Positions 1 to 10,308 of a stretch of 64,000 nucleotides of DNA are shown here, in pieces. The position numbers and the translations under genes were made by a program. Source of the DNA: an uncultured Magnetovibrio sp. (GTDB lineage Bacteria; Pseudomonadota; Alphaproteobacteria; Rhodospirillales; Casp-alpha2); the NCBI GenBank assembly GCA_963972255.1, contig CAXATO010000017.1, forward strand, positions 2,729-66,728, written 5' to 3'. Numbering within the stretch: position 1 is the first letter of the stretch; every line of letters begins with the position of its first letter. The notes beneath the pieces are model-generated. The model was given only the letters and a program-made list of their open reading frames with translations, was not told the DNA's origin and ran no database searches.

Positions 1-1505
1 ATGACCTGTTCCTGCTGACGGCGGCCGTCGCCGCTGCCTTGGCGGCGCGGGCCGGGCTTGACCTGGCGACCGCGGCGCTGGCGGAAACAACCGCCCAGGC
101 GCGCGCACGGGCAGGCAGTTGGGCCGCCATCTCCCACCTGTTCACGGCGCAAGGCATGCCGTCATCCGACGCGCCGACCATGACCGGCGCCCCGGCGCCG
201 GTATCGACATCCCATCGGCTGCTGTTGACCGGATTGCCCGTGCTTGTTCTGGCGCTTGCGTATCTCACGGGCGTTCTCGCCGTGCCGGCCGTCCTCCTCG
301 CCCTTGCCGCCGCGGCGGCGGCCTATGTCATTCACCGCGGGGCGGCGGGGGCCTCGGGTGCCGGCGCAACTGCGACCGACGACATCGCGGGGCGGATTTT
401 GGATGCGCTCTGGACCATCAAGGCCATGGGGGCCGAGAACCTGGTTCTTCGCCGGGCCGAAAGTGCCGCGCGTGACGCCGCCACCGCCGGCCGCACCCGG
501 GCGCGGCCGCTGTTCGCCGCCGGTCGCGCCGCCAGCCTGTTCGACCGGCTTACCCTGATCCTGGTCATCTTGACGGGCACCGTGCTGGGCCTGAACGGGT
601 TGCTCACCCTGGGCCAGTTGGCGGCCGGGGTGCTGATTTCTTCTGCCCTGGTGCGCGATGCCTTCCGGGGCACGGCGGCCTGGACGCTGGCGCGGGCGGA
701 GCGGGCCGTGGAGGAGACGGCGGTCGCGGACATCTCGCAGGAACCGCTACCCCGCATCACCGGCAACTTGATGGTCAACCGTGTCAGCCTGGACCAACCC
801 GCCGACGGCGTGCGCGCCGTGGCGCGGACCCTGTTCGACCGCATCCGCATCGAAGCCGAGGTCGGCGAAATGGTGCTCATCACCGGCGGCGATGCCCAGA
901 TGCAGTCGGCGCTGTTGCGCCTGATGGCCGGGCTGGAGCGCCCGAAGTCGGGCACGGTGACCATCGACGGCTATGACCTGACCGCCTATCGGCCCGACAG
1001 CATTCGCCGTCAGGTCGCCTATGTGCCGACCCTGGGCGACATTCTGCCGGGGACCTTGCTGGAGAACCTCACGGCCATGGATCCCGGCCGGGCCGCCGAC
1101 GCCCTGGGGGCGGCCCGCCTGACCGGGCTGGATTCCCGCGCCGCCTGTCTGGCCGACGGGTTCGACACGCGCTTGCAGGGAGGGGCCGCCGGCTTCCCCG
1201 CCGGGTTCCGCCAGCACCTCGCGGTGACCCGAGCCCTTGCCTTCAAGCCCAAGGTCCTGCTGCTCGACCACGCCACGGAAAATCTGGACAGCCAGGACCT
1301 GCGCACGTTCTCCGACGTTCTTGAGCGGCTCAAGGGCCGGGTGACGATCATCTTCGCCTCGACCCAGGCCGGGCTGCGTGCCATGGCGGACCGCGAGGTC
1401 GATCTCGATGCTCTGAAACCGGCACCCGAGTTCGGTGCTGCCGTCGAGGATGGCGATGGTGCGGGCGACATCGGCCCCCTTCCGAATACGGACGGGGAGG
1501 GCTGA
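1..1505 (+). CDS. ABC transporter permease/ATP-binding subunit (type I secretion/bacteriocin-exporter type), 5' end cut by window edge; NBD motifs degenerate
   Basis: Frame 3 is open from the window edge, so the track start at 39 is an internal TTG. TM-rich N-part, then an ABC NBD fold. Walker A position reads GGDAQMQS (no GK[ST]), signature position reads FPAGF (not LSGGQ), Walker B reads LLLDHA (no catalytic E). Stop 1503-1505 lies 1 nt before the next ATG. Confidence 0.75.
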   Translation, partial: DLFLLTAAVAAALAARAGLDLATAALAETTAQARARAGSWAAISHLFTAQGMPSSDAPTMTGAPAPVSTSHRLLLTGLPVLVLALAYLTGVLAVPAVLLALAAAAAAYVIHRGAAGASGAGATATDDIAGRILDALWTIKAMGAENLVLRRAESAARDAATAGRTRARPLFAAGRAASLFDRLTLILVILTGTVLGLNGLLTLGQLAAGVLISSALVRDAFRGTAAWTLARAERAVEETAVADISQEPLPRITGNLMVNRVSLDQPADGVRAVARTLFDRIRIEAEVGEMVLITGGDAQMQSALLRLMAGLERPKSGTVTIDGYDLTAYRPDSIRRQVAYVPTLGDILPGTLLENLTAMDPGRAADALGAARLTGLDSRAACLADGFDTRLQGGAAGFPAGFRQHLAVTRALAFKPKVLLLDHATENLDSQDLRTFSDVLERLKGRVTIIFASTQAGLRAMADREVDLDALKPAPEFGAAVEDGDGAGDIGPLPNTDGEG

Positions 1506-1506
1506 G

Positions 1507-3939
1507 ATGACCCGCCGCGTTCCCCATTTCGAAGCGACGGAGGCCCTGTTTACCCGCGCCCGGGCGCTGAACGTCGGGACGACGGCGGATGCGGAAACTG
1601 CGGAACGGCCGACGGGTTCCTGGCGGTCGCTTCGCCTCGATCGGCTGGAGGGCCTTGATCCGCACGCCCAGGTACCGCCGCCGTTGTTGCCCTTGTCGCC
1701 CGATGCGGCCATCGACGTCGCGGCGCCGGAAGCGGAGGAAGCGCCGCCCAGTCCCCAGGATCTGGAAGTGGCGCTTTCCGAAGCCGTGGATTTGCCCGAT
1801 GACTGGACCATGGCGGCGGCACTGGCGGGCGGGACCAACGTCGCTCATTGCCTGCGCGAGGTATTGCAGGCCCTTGATTGGAACGGCGCGCCGCGCCAGG
1901 TGGCCGAAGCCCTGCCGGCGCTCAACGCCCCGCTTGACGCCTCGGGCGCGGTGACGGTTCTGGCCCGGCTCGGCTTTCGTTGCCGCTCGTTCCAGGCGCG
2001 CCTCAATGAATTGGGGCCGGAGGATTTTCCGGCCTTGTTCATCACCAAGTCGGGCGAGGCTCTGGTCCTGGAGCGGTTCGGGCAGAATTCGCTTCCCGGG
2101 TTCGACGGCGCGACCCGCACCCGCCGGCCCTTCGCCCGCGACCGGCGCGCCGGAAAGGTCCATGTCTTTACCGCCGCCGAGCCGGCCGCCGACACGGCGC
2201 CGCCGGCGGAACCGGCGGCCTTCGTCTGGTCGTTGCTGCGGGGCCGGGCAGGCGGCGTGGGCGCTCTGGCGTTGATCCAGGGCACCTTGGCGCTGGCCGG
2301 GCCGCTGTTGCTGCTGGTGGCATTCGACCACGCCCTGCCGGCCGCGGCGCTGCCCATGATTCTGTTCTTCACCGGGGCGGCGGCACTGGCGATGATCGTC
2401 GAGATTCCGTTCCGCGCCTGGTGCGACCGCATGGCGGCGCCGGTGTCGACGGCGGCGGCGGGCCTTGGGCTCGGCGCCTTGGGCCGGACGCTGTTCCTGC
2501 CGCCAGATGCCCTCAAGGGCACCACGCCCGGGGCGCGGCGCAGCCGCCACGAAGAATTCCATGCCGGCGGTGCGGCGCCGCCGGTGCGTCTGGTTCAAGC
2601 TGCCCTTGGTCTGCCGGGGGCGTTTGCCGCGCTTTGCGCGGTGGCGCTTCTTGGCGGTCAATTGGTCGTCGTTCCCATCCTGGGGGCCCTGGTTCTGGCC
2701 GGGACCGGCTGGGTGCTCCGGGGCGGGGTGCGCGCCGCCGTGGCGCGGGCCGTGGCCGCCGCCGGCAGCTTTGCCCAGCACTGGCGGGATCATGCCGACG
2801 TTCGCGCCGATATCATCGCGGGCGGATGCGAGGACGCCGTTGCCCAGCGAATGGCGCGCGCCGCAGGCGAAGCGGCCCTTGCCCGGCAGGAGGCGGCGGG
2901 ACAAACCCGTCGCGTCGCTGTTGCCGGCCGCTGGGTCGCCGCCGTGACCGTTGCCGCGACGGCGGCGGCCGGTGCCCATCTCGCGTTATCCGGCGGCCTG
3001 ACCCTGGGAGCTTTGGCGGCGTCGGTTCTGTTGTCCGGCTCCGCCCTGCGTGCCGTCTCCCGGGTGACCGACCAGACCGGCAGTGCCGCGCGCCTGTGGT
3101 GCGGTTTGGTCCAGGCGGGGCGCCTGCACGCGATCCGGCCGGAACGCAGCCCCGCGCGGCCATCTTTGCCGCCGCGCACCTTGGCCGGGCATGTCGATGT
3201 CAGCGGCCTGTCCACGGCGTCCACGGGCGGGATCGACATGCCGCTCGACGATGTCTCTCTTTACGCCGATCCGGGCGAGGTCGTCGCCGTGGTCGGCAAT
3301 TATCAATCGGGTAAGTCGGCGGTGCTGCGCGTGCTGGCGGGCCTGGAGCCCGCCGCCACCGGGCACGCCCGCCTGGACGGCGTCGAAACGGGATTGTTCG
3401 ATCCCGTGCAGTTGCGCCAATCCGTCGCCTACGTTCCCGAGACACCGGAGTTCCTTCCCCTGTCCATCGAGGACAACCTGCGCCTGATGAACCCCGTCGC
3501 CTCCGACGCGGACATCCAGGCCGCCTGTAACCTCGCCGGCGTGATGGAGGACATCCGCACGTTGGAGACGGGAGTCGGCGGGAACCGGCGGTCCGGTCTG
3601 GCCGTCAACATGGGCGTGTTCGCCCAGGACCCGCACCCCGGCTTTCTCAAGCGGCTGGCCTTGGCCCGCGGTTATCTTCGGCACAGCGGCCTGTTGCTGC
3701 TCGACGGGCCGGAACGTCATCTGGATCCGGACGGGGAACAAGCGCTGCTGCGCGCCATCGAGGACCTTCGGGGGCGCACGACCGTGATCGTCGCCACCGA
3801 CCGGCCGCAGATCATTCGCCTGGCCGACCGCGTGCTGTGGCTGGACGGCGGCCGGACCCGCGCCGAGGGACCGTCGTCGGCGGTCCTTGAGCAGCTTTAC
3901 GCCGAAGGACGGGTCGGACAGACTCTGGCGGAACGATGA
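1507..3939 (+). CDS. ABC transporter with N-terminal C39-peptidase-like domain, TMD and partly degenerate NBD
   Basis: ATG at 1507 is in frame with track ORF 1435..3939. The N-terminal segment (AHCLREVLQALDWNG...FPALFITKSGEALVLER) resembles the C39/C39-like domain of HlyB-type exporters. Walker A GNYQSGKS is intact. Signature position reads HPGFL, Walker B reads LLLLDGPE, and the H-loop His is replaced (ATDRP). Confidence 0.75.
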   Translation: MTRRVPHFEATEALFTRARALNVGTTADAETAERPTGSWRSLRLDRLEGLDPHAQVPPPLLPLSPDAAIDVAAPEAEEAPPSPQDLEVALSEAVDLPDDWTMAAALAGGTNVAHCLREVLQALDWNGAPRQVAEALPALNAPLDASGAVTVLARLGFRCRSFQARLNELGPEDFPALFITKSGEALVLERFGQNSLPGFDGATRTRRPFARDRRAGKVHVFTAAEPAADTAPPAEPAAFVWSLLRGRAGGVGALALIQGTLALAGPLLLLVAFDHALPAAALPMILFFTGAAALAMIVEIPFRAWCDRMAAPVSTAAAGLGLGALGRTLFLPPDALKGTTPGARRSRHEEFHAGGAAPPVRLVQAALGLPGAFAALCAVALLGGQLVVVPILGALVLAGTGWVLRGGVRAAVARAVAAAGSFAQHWRDHADVRADIIAGGCEDAVAQRMARAAGEAALARQEAAGQTRRVAVAGRWVAAVTVAATAAAGAHLALSGGLTLGALAASVLLSGSALRAVSRVTDQTGSAARLWCGLVQAGRLHAIRPERSPARPSLPPRTLAGHVDVSGLSTASTGGIDMPLDDVSLYADPGEVVAVVGNYQSGKSAVLRVLAGLEPAATGHARLDGVETGLFDPVQLRQSVAYVPETPEFLPLSIEDNLRLMNPVASDADIQAACNLAGVMEDIRTLETGVGGNRRSGLAVNMGVFAQDPHPGFLKRLALARGYLRHSGLLLLDGPERHLDPDGEQALLRAIEDLRGRTTVIVATDRPQIIRLADRVLWLDGGRTRAEGPSSAVLEQLYAEGRVGQTLAER

Positions 3940-5291
3940 CCCAGCCGGACACCACCCCATCCTATACGACCGAGACCCAGGCACCCGCCCAGGGACAGCC
4001 GCCGCTCGCCGTGCTTGAGGACGGCACGTCCTCGGCGGCGGAAGGGCGCCGCCGCTTGTGGTCGCGGGGCATGATCGTCGGGTTGGTCTTTGCCGTTGTC
4101 GCCGTCGGCCTGTGGGCAGCGTTCGCCGAGGTTCAGGAAACGGTCGAGGCCCAGGGGGCCGTCGTGCCCGCCGGGCAAATCCGCGCGGTCCAACATCTCG
4201 AGGGCGGCGTGGTGTTGGAAGTTCTGGCCGAGGAAGGCCAGCTTGTCGATCAGGGTGCCGTGCTGCTGCGGCTCGACCCGGCGCAGATCAAGGCACGGTA
4301 TGAGCAGGCCCGGATCGAGGAGACGGCGCTTGCTCTCAAGGCCGAGCGGCTGCGGGCCATCGGCGACGGACGGGAGCCCAATTTCGGTTTCGCCGATCCC
4401 ACGTTCCAATCCCTCGTGCAGGACCAATGGGCCGTCTACAACGGCTACCAGCGGGCCCAGGAGAACCGCCGACTCATTCTGGAATCCCGCATCCAACAGC
4501 GTCAGTCCGACCTGGACCGTCTCAAGGGCGAGGACGAAACCCTAACCCGCAGGGCGCAGATTCTGGCCGAAGAACTGGCCATGCGCGAGGAGCTGTTCCG
4601 CAAGGGACTGAGCCCCAAGATCATGCTTCTCAACGTGCGCCGCCAAGTTGCCGACGTCCGCGGTGACATGGCCAGGGTCATCAATCGGCGCGAAAAACTG
4701 ACCGAGGCGGTCGAGGAAGCGAAGTCCGAGCTCGACGCCCTGGAAAGCCGCAGCCGCGAGGAAGCGCTTGCCGAATTCGGCCTGGTCACGGCCAAACTGG
4801 CCCAGGCCTCGGAAGAGGTGAAGCAACTGTCGGCGCGGGTCGACGCCTTTGATATTCGTTCCCCCGTGAGGGGCTTCGTGAAGGGCATCGGCGGCTATGC
4901 CAAGGACCGCATCGTGCCGGCGGGGGCGACGGTCATGGAAATCGTGCCCGTGGACGAGGACCTGATTGCCGAGGTCCGGGTGGCGCCCCGCGATATCGGC
5001 CGCATCACCGTGGGACAGCCGGTCGCGGTGCAGATCACGGGCGCGGGGTCCGGCCGTGCCGGGCAGGTCGGCGGTGAATTGCGCGACGTCTCCGCCGGTA
5101 CGTTCACGGATGAAGCCGGCAATCCCTATTATCGGGCGACGGTCGTCCTGGATCAGGCTTTCGTCGGCGACGATCCCAAGGCCAATAAGATATTGCCGGG
5201 CATGCAGGTCAGCGTGCGCGTGCGCACCGGCCGGCGGACCTTGCTGGAATACCTGTTCCGGCCGGCGTCGGCGCCCCGGCGTCTTCTGTAA
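3936..5291 (+). CDS. HlyD-family type I secretion membrane fusion protein
   Basis: ATGA start/stop overlap with the upstream ABC gene. One N-terminal TM helix, long coiled-coil region, and barrel-sandwich motifs typical of HlyD/periplasmic adaptor proteins. Confidence 0.85.
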   Translation: MTQPDTTPSYTTETQAPAQGQPPLAVLEDGTSSAAEGRRRLWSRGMIVGLVFAVVAVGLWAAFAEVQETVEAQGAVVPAGQIRAVQHLEGGVVLEVLAEEGQLVDQGAVLLRLDPAQIKARYEQARIEETALALKAERLRAIGDGREPNFGFADPTFQSLVQDQWAVYNGYQRAQENRRLILESRIQQRQSDLDRLKGEDETLTRRAQILAEELAMREELFRKGLSPKIMLLNVRRQVADVRGDMARVINRREKLTEAVEEAKSELDALESRSREEALAEFGLVTAKLAQASEEVKQLSARVDAFDIRSPVRGFVKGIGGYAKDRIVPAGATVMEIVPVDEDLIAEVRVAPRDIGRITVGQPVAVQITGAGSGRAGQVGGELRDVSAGTFTDEAGNPYYRATVVLDQAFVGDDPKANKILPGMQVSVRVRTGRRTLLEYLFRPASAPRRLL

Positions 5292-5304
5292 AATTACCTT
5301 ACTG

Positions 5305-5751
5305 TCAGTCGGACGGCGGAACGGCCCCGGCCATTTCGGCACCCAGTTCGATGATACGCCGGGTTTCCGACCACAGCGGCAGGTCGGGGATTTCGGCCAG
5401 CGGCATCCACAGGGCGTCGGCGGCGTCGCCGGCGGCCTGGGGCACACCCGCGACCCAGCGGCAGACCACATCGACCAGGGTGTAGTGGAACTGAAGGCGG
5501 CCGTCATCGTCCCGGGTCATGCTGTCGACCACGTCGATCAGGCCGAGTACCTCGGCTTGAATTCCCGTTTCCTCCAGAATTTCACGGAGTGCGCCCTCAT
5601 GCACGGTCTCGCCGACGTGTTGCGCGCCGCCGGGCAGGGACAGGCTGCCGGCGCGTGGCGGCTTGCCGCGCCGGATCAGCAGTACATGGTCATCCTTGAT
5701 GACGACGGCGCCGATGCCGACGATGGGGCGGTTGGGATATTCGCGGCTCAT
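5305..5751 (-). CDS. NUDIX hydrolase
   Basis: Nudix box GGAQHVGETVHEGALREILEETG. Confidence 0.85.
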   Translation of the reverse strand: MSREYPNRPIVGIGAVVIKDDHVLLIRRGKPPRAGSLSLPGGAQHVGETVHEGALREILEETGIQAEVLGLIDVVDSMTRDDDGRLQFHYTLVDVVCRWVAGVPQAAGDAADALWMPLAEIPDLPLWSETRRIIELGAEMAGAVPPSD

Positions 5752-5912
5752 GCGGGGCGGTTTCGCATATGAAAATAGACTCCCTTTGGCGGGTGGAGCG
5801 GGTACACTACCGTCAACGGCAGGCCCCTGGAAACGGGAAACGAAGAACCATGCCGGAAGGGTTGAGAGCGGCCGGACGTTGGCTGGTTGCGGATTGAAAA
5901 CAAAGGTTCCAC

Positions 5913-6257
5913 ATGTCGGCCACGGGCGTTCTTGAACGCAAAATGTATCAGGCGGACGATCGCATCTTCAAAGAGGGTGACGAAGGCCTGTTCGCCTATC
6001 TCGTGCAAAGCGGATCGGTCGAAATCTACCGCGAGGCCACGGGCGAAGTTCTCAGCACCATCGGCGCCGGGGGCATCTTCGGTGAGATGGCCCTGATCGA
6101 CGGCAAGCCGCGGGCGGCGTCTGCCCGTGCGGCCGGCGGGTGCACGGTGGTCGTCATCAACCGCGCCAATTTTCAGCACCGCATGAAAAAGTCGGATCCC
6201 TTCGTCCAGGGACTGTTGAAGATCCTGGCCGAAACCGTGCGGAGGATGAGCAAGTGA
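5913..6257 (+). CDS. stand-alone cyclic-nucleotide-binding domain protein
   Basis: cNMP-binding beta-barrel motifs: FKEGDEG...YLVQSGSVEI...GEMALIDGKPRAASARA. Confidence 0.75.
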   Translation: MSATGVLERKMYQADDRIFKEGDEGLFAYLVQSGSVEIYREATGEVLSTIGAGGIFGEMALIDGKPRAASARAAGGCTVVVINRANFQHRMKKSDPFVQGLLKILAETVRRMSK

Positions 6258-6288
6258 TCCCATTGCGTGCGGGGCAGGGGATTACTTG

Positions 6289-7179
6289 ATGTTTGAAAAT
6301 TTCCAGCTGGATCGCCGGGAAATCGGCGGCGTCGCCGTCAACTTCCGCATGGGCGGCGAGGGGCCGCCGTTGCTGCTGCTGCACGGCTATCCGCAGACCC
6401 ACGCCATGTGGCACAAACTGGCGCCCCTGCTGGCGCGCCATTACACCTTGGTCATGCCCGATCTGCGCGGATACGGCGACAGCGGCAAGCCGCCGACGGA
6501 CGCGGATCATGCCCCCTATTCCAAGCGCGCCATGGCGGGTGACCTGGCGGGCCTGATGGCCGATCTGGGATTTGACCGCTACGCCGTCGTCGGCCACGAC
6601 CGGGGTGGGCGGGTCGCCCATCGGTTGACCGCCGACAATCCGGACAGGGTCGCGCGGCTGGCGGTGCTCGACATCGCACCGACGGAGCACATGTACCGCA
6701 TGACGGACATGGAATTCGCCACGGGCTATTACCATTGGTTCTTCCTGATCCAGCCGGCCGACCTGCCGGAGCGCATGATCGGCGCCGATCCTGAACTCTT
6801 CCTGCGCCGCAAGATGGGGCAATGGAGCGGCAAGGGAAGCTTGTTCGACGACGCGGCCATGGCCGAATACATCCGCTGCTTTTCCCTGCCGGAAACCATT
6901 CATGCCTCCTGCGAGGATTACCGAGCGGCGGCGACCATCGACATGACCCACGACCGGGACGACATGGCGGCGGGCCGCAAGCTGACCTGTCCGGTGTTGG
7001 CGCTGTGGGGGGCCAAGGGACTGGTTGCCCGCAAGTTCGACGTTCTGGCCGCATGGCGCGAGCGGGCCGAGGACGTGACCGGCGGGACGCTCGATTGCGG
7101 CCATTTTCTTGCCGAAGAGTTGCCGGATGATACCTTTGCCCGGCTTCGGGAATTCCTTGGCGACGGTCCCTGGAATTGA
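6289..7179 (+). CDS. alpha/beta hydrolase (haloacetate dehalogenase / epoxide hydrolase-like)
   Basis: LLLLHGYPQTHAMWHKLAPLL...PDLRGYGDS and nucleophile elbow VVGHDRGGRV. ATG at 6289 chosen over TTG at 6286. Confidence 0.85.
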   Translation: MFENFQLDRREIGGVAVNFRMGGEGPPLLLLHGYPQTHAMWHKLAPLLARHYTLVMPDLRGYGDSGKPPTDADHAPYSKRAMAGDLAGLMADLGFDRYAVVGHDRGGRVAHRLTADNPDRVARLAVLDIAPTEHMYRMTDMEFATGYYHWFFLIQPADLPERMIGADPELFLRRKMGQWSGKGSLFDDAAMAEYIRCFSLPETIHASCEDYRAAATIDMTHDRDDMAAGRKLTCPVLALWGAKGLVARKFDVLAAWRERAEDVTGGTLDCGHFLAEELPDDTFARLREFLGDGPWN

Positions 7180-7248
7180 GATTAAGACAGAGCGGTTTTT
7201 GGGCGACGGCCCACGGTTGAACTGGGAAACAGAAGGCTACTCTTTGAC

Positions 7249-8118
7249 ATGAGTGACGAGACGCAGCACGACGATCAGGCCCCCGCATCCGATGCCAAAC
7301 CGGCGTCGAACGGATTCTTTCCGCGCATGCGCGCCTATTTCTTCGCCGGGATCCTGGTCACGGCACCAGTTACCTTCACCTTTTATTTGGCCTGGTTGCT
7401 GATCCATTTCGTGGACAACAGCATCCGGCCGCTGATCCCGGTCAAGTACAACCCGGAAACCTATCTGCCCTTCGCCTTGCCGGGCCTGGGTCTGTTTGTG
7501 CTGATCGTCGGCCTGACCCTGACCGGTGCGCTGACGGCCGGGTTCATGGGCCGATTTTTCATCAAGCTGAGCGAACGCATCCTCAACCGCATGCCGGTGA
7601 TTCGCAGCGTCTATAACGCGACCAAGCAAATCCTGGAAACGGTCCTGGCGCAGCAGTCGAATGCATTCCGCGAGGCCGTGCTGGTCGAATATCCCCGGCG
7701 CGGCATGTGGGCCATTGCCTTCATCACCGGCACCACGACGGGTGAGGTGCAGAACGTGACACAGGAAGAATGCATCAACATCTTCATTCCGACGACTCCG
7801 AACCCGACCTCGGGGTTCTTGCTGTTCGTTCCCAAGGAGGACTTGGTCAGCTTGGATATGTCCGTCGAGGAAGCGATCAAGATGGTGATTTCCGGCGGCA
7901 TCGTCACGCCGCCCGACCGCCGGCCGGATGCGCTGAAGAAACAGCCCGTGACGTCGGCCCGGGTGTACGAGGATCTGGACACCCTGCGCGAAACCGCAAA
8001 CGCGCCCGTGGTTCTGGCTGCCAAGCGGCCCGCGGAAATTCAGAAAGAATTGCAGGCATCGCTGCCGGCGAGTGAACGGGGACGGACCAAGAAGCCGAAA
8101 AGCGGCGACAAGTCCTAA
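7249..8118 (+). CDS. DUF502-family membrane protein
   Basis: Two N-terminal TM helices and the conserved block PVIRSVYNATKQILE...EYPRRGMWAIAFITG typical of DUF502. Confidence 0.75.
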   Translation: MSDETQHDDQAPASDAKPASNGFFPRMRAYFFAGILVTAPVTFTFYLAWLLIHFVDNSIRPLIPVKYNPETYLPFALPGLGLFVLIVGLTLTGALTAGFMGRFFIKLSERILNRMPVIRSVYNATKQILETVLAQQSNAFREAVLVEYPRRGMWAIAFITGTTTGEVQNVTQEECINIFIPTTPNPTSGFLLFVPKEDLVSLDMSVEEAIKMVISGGIVTPPDRRPDALKKQPVTSARVYEDLDTLRETANAPVVLAAKRPAEIQKELQASLPASERGRTKKPKSGDKS

Positions 8119-8127
8119 CCGGCCAAT

Positions 8128-10212
8128 CTAGCCTGACCGCAGGGTGCGCGCCGCCGCATCCCGTTCGAACAAGTATAAGAGAACGCGCAGGGCCGTCCCC
8201 CGGTCTGATTTCAGGTCCGCGTCCCGGTTGAGGATCAGCGCCGCGTCGTCCCGCGCCATGGCGAGCAGGTCGCCGTGGTGGGCAAGGTCGGCCAGACGGA
8301 ACGTCGGCAGGCCGCTTTGCCGCGTGCCCAGAAGTTCGCCGGCGCCCCGCAGTTTCAAATCTTCCTCGGCAATGCGAAAGCCGTCGTCCGTTTCGCGCAG
8401 GATTTTCAGCCGTGCCCGCGCGGTTTCCGACAACGGCGGCGCATAGAGCAGCAGGCAGGTGCCCGGCTTGTTGCCGCGCCCGATGCGCCCGCGCAATTGG
8501 TGCAACTGGGCGAGGCCGAAGCGTTCCGCATGCTCGATGACCATGACCGTGGCGTCGGGTACGTCGACGCCGACCTCGATCACCGTCGTCGCGACCAGAA
8601 CCTGCAGCGGGCCGTTGGCGAAGGCATCCATGACGGCGTCTTTCTCCGACGCCTTCAAGCGGCCATGAACCAGCCCGACCCGATCGCCGAACACCTGTTT
8701 CAAATGGGCGTAGCGGTCTTCGGCGGCTGCCGCGTCGATCTTTTCCGAATCCTCGACCAGCGGGCAGACCCAATAGGCCTTGGCCCCGGTCGCCAGGGCG
8801 CGGGTCAGGCCGTCGACGACTTCGGTCAGACGGTCGTTGGGCACGGCCCGGGTATCGACGGGCGCGCGGCCGGGCGGCTTTTCCGTCAGGCGGGAGGATT
8901 CCATATCGCCATAGGCCGTCAGCATCAGGGTGCGCGGGATCGGCGTCGCGGTCATGACCAGGACATCGCATTTGCGGCCCTTGGCGGTAATGGCCAGGCG
9001 CTGATGCACGCCGAAGCGATGCTGCTCGTCGACCACGGCGAGGGCCAGGTCCTTGAACGCGACATCTTCGGTGAACAGCGCATGGGTGCCGACGGCAAGG
9101 TCCGTGGTGCCTTGGGCCAGATCGGCCAGGATGGCGTCCCGGGTCTTGCCCTTTTCCCGCCCGGTCAGAAGCGCGATGGACAGGCCGGCGGCATTGGCCA
9201 GCGGCTCCAGCGTCGCGAAGTGCTGGCGGGCGAGGATTTCGGTGGGCGCCATGAGGGCCGCCTGGGCCCCGGACTCGACCGCGCGGGCCATGGCCAATAG
9301 CGCCACCAGGGTCTTGCCCGATCCGACGTCGCCTTGAAGAAGCCGCAGCATGCGCTCGGGTGCGGCCATGTCGCCGGTGATCTCGGCCACGGCCATGACC
9401 TGCGACGGCGTCAGTTTGAAGGGCAGGGCTTTGGTGATGCGGTCCATGATACGGCCGTCGCCGGTGGTTGCGCGGCCGGCGACCTTGCGCATGTCGCGGC
9501 GGACCAGGGCGAGGGCCAGTTGATTGGCCAGCAGTTCGTCATAGGCGGCGCGCCGGCGGGCCGGGGCATCGGGTTCCGTGTCGGCTTGCGCTTCCGGATG
9601 GTGGAGTGTGTTCATGGCGTCGTGCCAGCCGGGCCAGCCCTCGCGCTGGGTGACGGTGGGGTCGAGCCAGTCGGGAAGCTCCGGCGTGGCTTCGATCGCG
9701 GCCAGCACCGCCCGCCCAAAGGTCTTGGGCGACAGCCCCGCGGTCATCGGATAGACCGGCTCCGCCCGCAGCAATTGCTCCCGTTCTTCCACGGGGACGA
9801 TGTGGTCGGGATGGGTGATCTGCAAAGAGTCGCCGTAGCGTTCGATGACGCCGGACACGATGCGGGTTTCGCCCTCGGGCAAGGTCTTGGCCAGGTAGTC
9901 GTCCCGGGCATGGAAGAACACGAGGGTCAGGCGGCCGGTGTCATCGGAAATCTCGACCTTATAGGGCTGGCGCCGGTTATGGGGCTTGGCGTGACGACCG
10001 ACGGTGACGGTCAGGGTGGCGACCCGTCCGGCCTCGGCTTCGGCAATCTTGGGCGCATAGCGGCGATCGACGATTCCGGTCGGCAGATGAAACAGAAGAT
10101 CGAGCAAGCGCCCGCCGCCGCACAGCTTTTCAATCACGGCCCCCACGCGCGGGCCGACGCCGGGGAGCGTCGTCACGGGCTTGAACAAGGGGAACAGGAT
10201 TTCCGGGCGCAT
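8128..10212 (-). CDS. recG: ATP-dependent DNA helicase RecG
   Basis: Start trimmed to MRPEILFPLFKPVTTLPGVGPR (CAT at 10210-10212). Wedge domain followed by DEAD/DEAH helicase motifs (GDVGSGKT, VVDEQHRFG). Total 694 aa. Confidence 0.93.
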   Translation of the reverse strand: MRPEILFPLFKPVTTLPGVGPRVGAVIEKLCGGGRLLDLLFHLPTGIVDRRYAPKIAEAEAGRVATLTVTVGRHAKPHNRRQPYKVEISDDTGRLTLVFFHARDDYLAKTLPEGETRIVSGVIERYGDSLQITHPDHIVPVEEREQLLRAEPVYPMTAGLSPKTFGRAVLAAIEATPELPDWLDPTVTQREGWPGWHDAMNTLHHPEAQADTEPDAPARRRAAYDELLANQLALALVRRDMRKVAGRATTGDGRIMDRITKALPFKLTPSQVMAVAEITGDMAAPERMLRLLQGDVGSGKTLVALLAMARAVESGAQAALMAPTEILARQHFATLEPLANAAGLSIALLTGREKGKTRDAILADLAQGTTDLAVGTHALFTEDVAFKDLALAVVDEQHRFGVHQRLAITAKGRKCDVLVMTATPIPRTLMLTAYGDMESSRLTEKPPGRAPVDTRAVPNDRLTEVVDGLTRALATGAKAYWVCPLVEDSEKIDAAAAEDRYAHLKQVFGDRVGLVHGRLKASEKDAVMDAFANGPLQVLVATTVIEVGVDVPDATVMVIEHAERFGLAQLHQLRGRIGRGNKPGTCLLLYAPPLSETARARLKILRETDDGFRIAEEDLKLRGAGELLGTRQSGLPTFRLADLAHHGDLLAMARDDAALILNRDADLKSDRGTALRVLLYLFERDAAARTLRSG

Positions 10213-10308
10213 GGGGCGGGTTCTTTGTATCAGCGGCTGACAATGCAGATTGAAGCGACTATATCCTACGTCCCCCGCAACGATCTTTCGATAGGAACCG
10301 GTCTTCCC

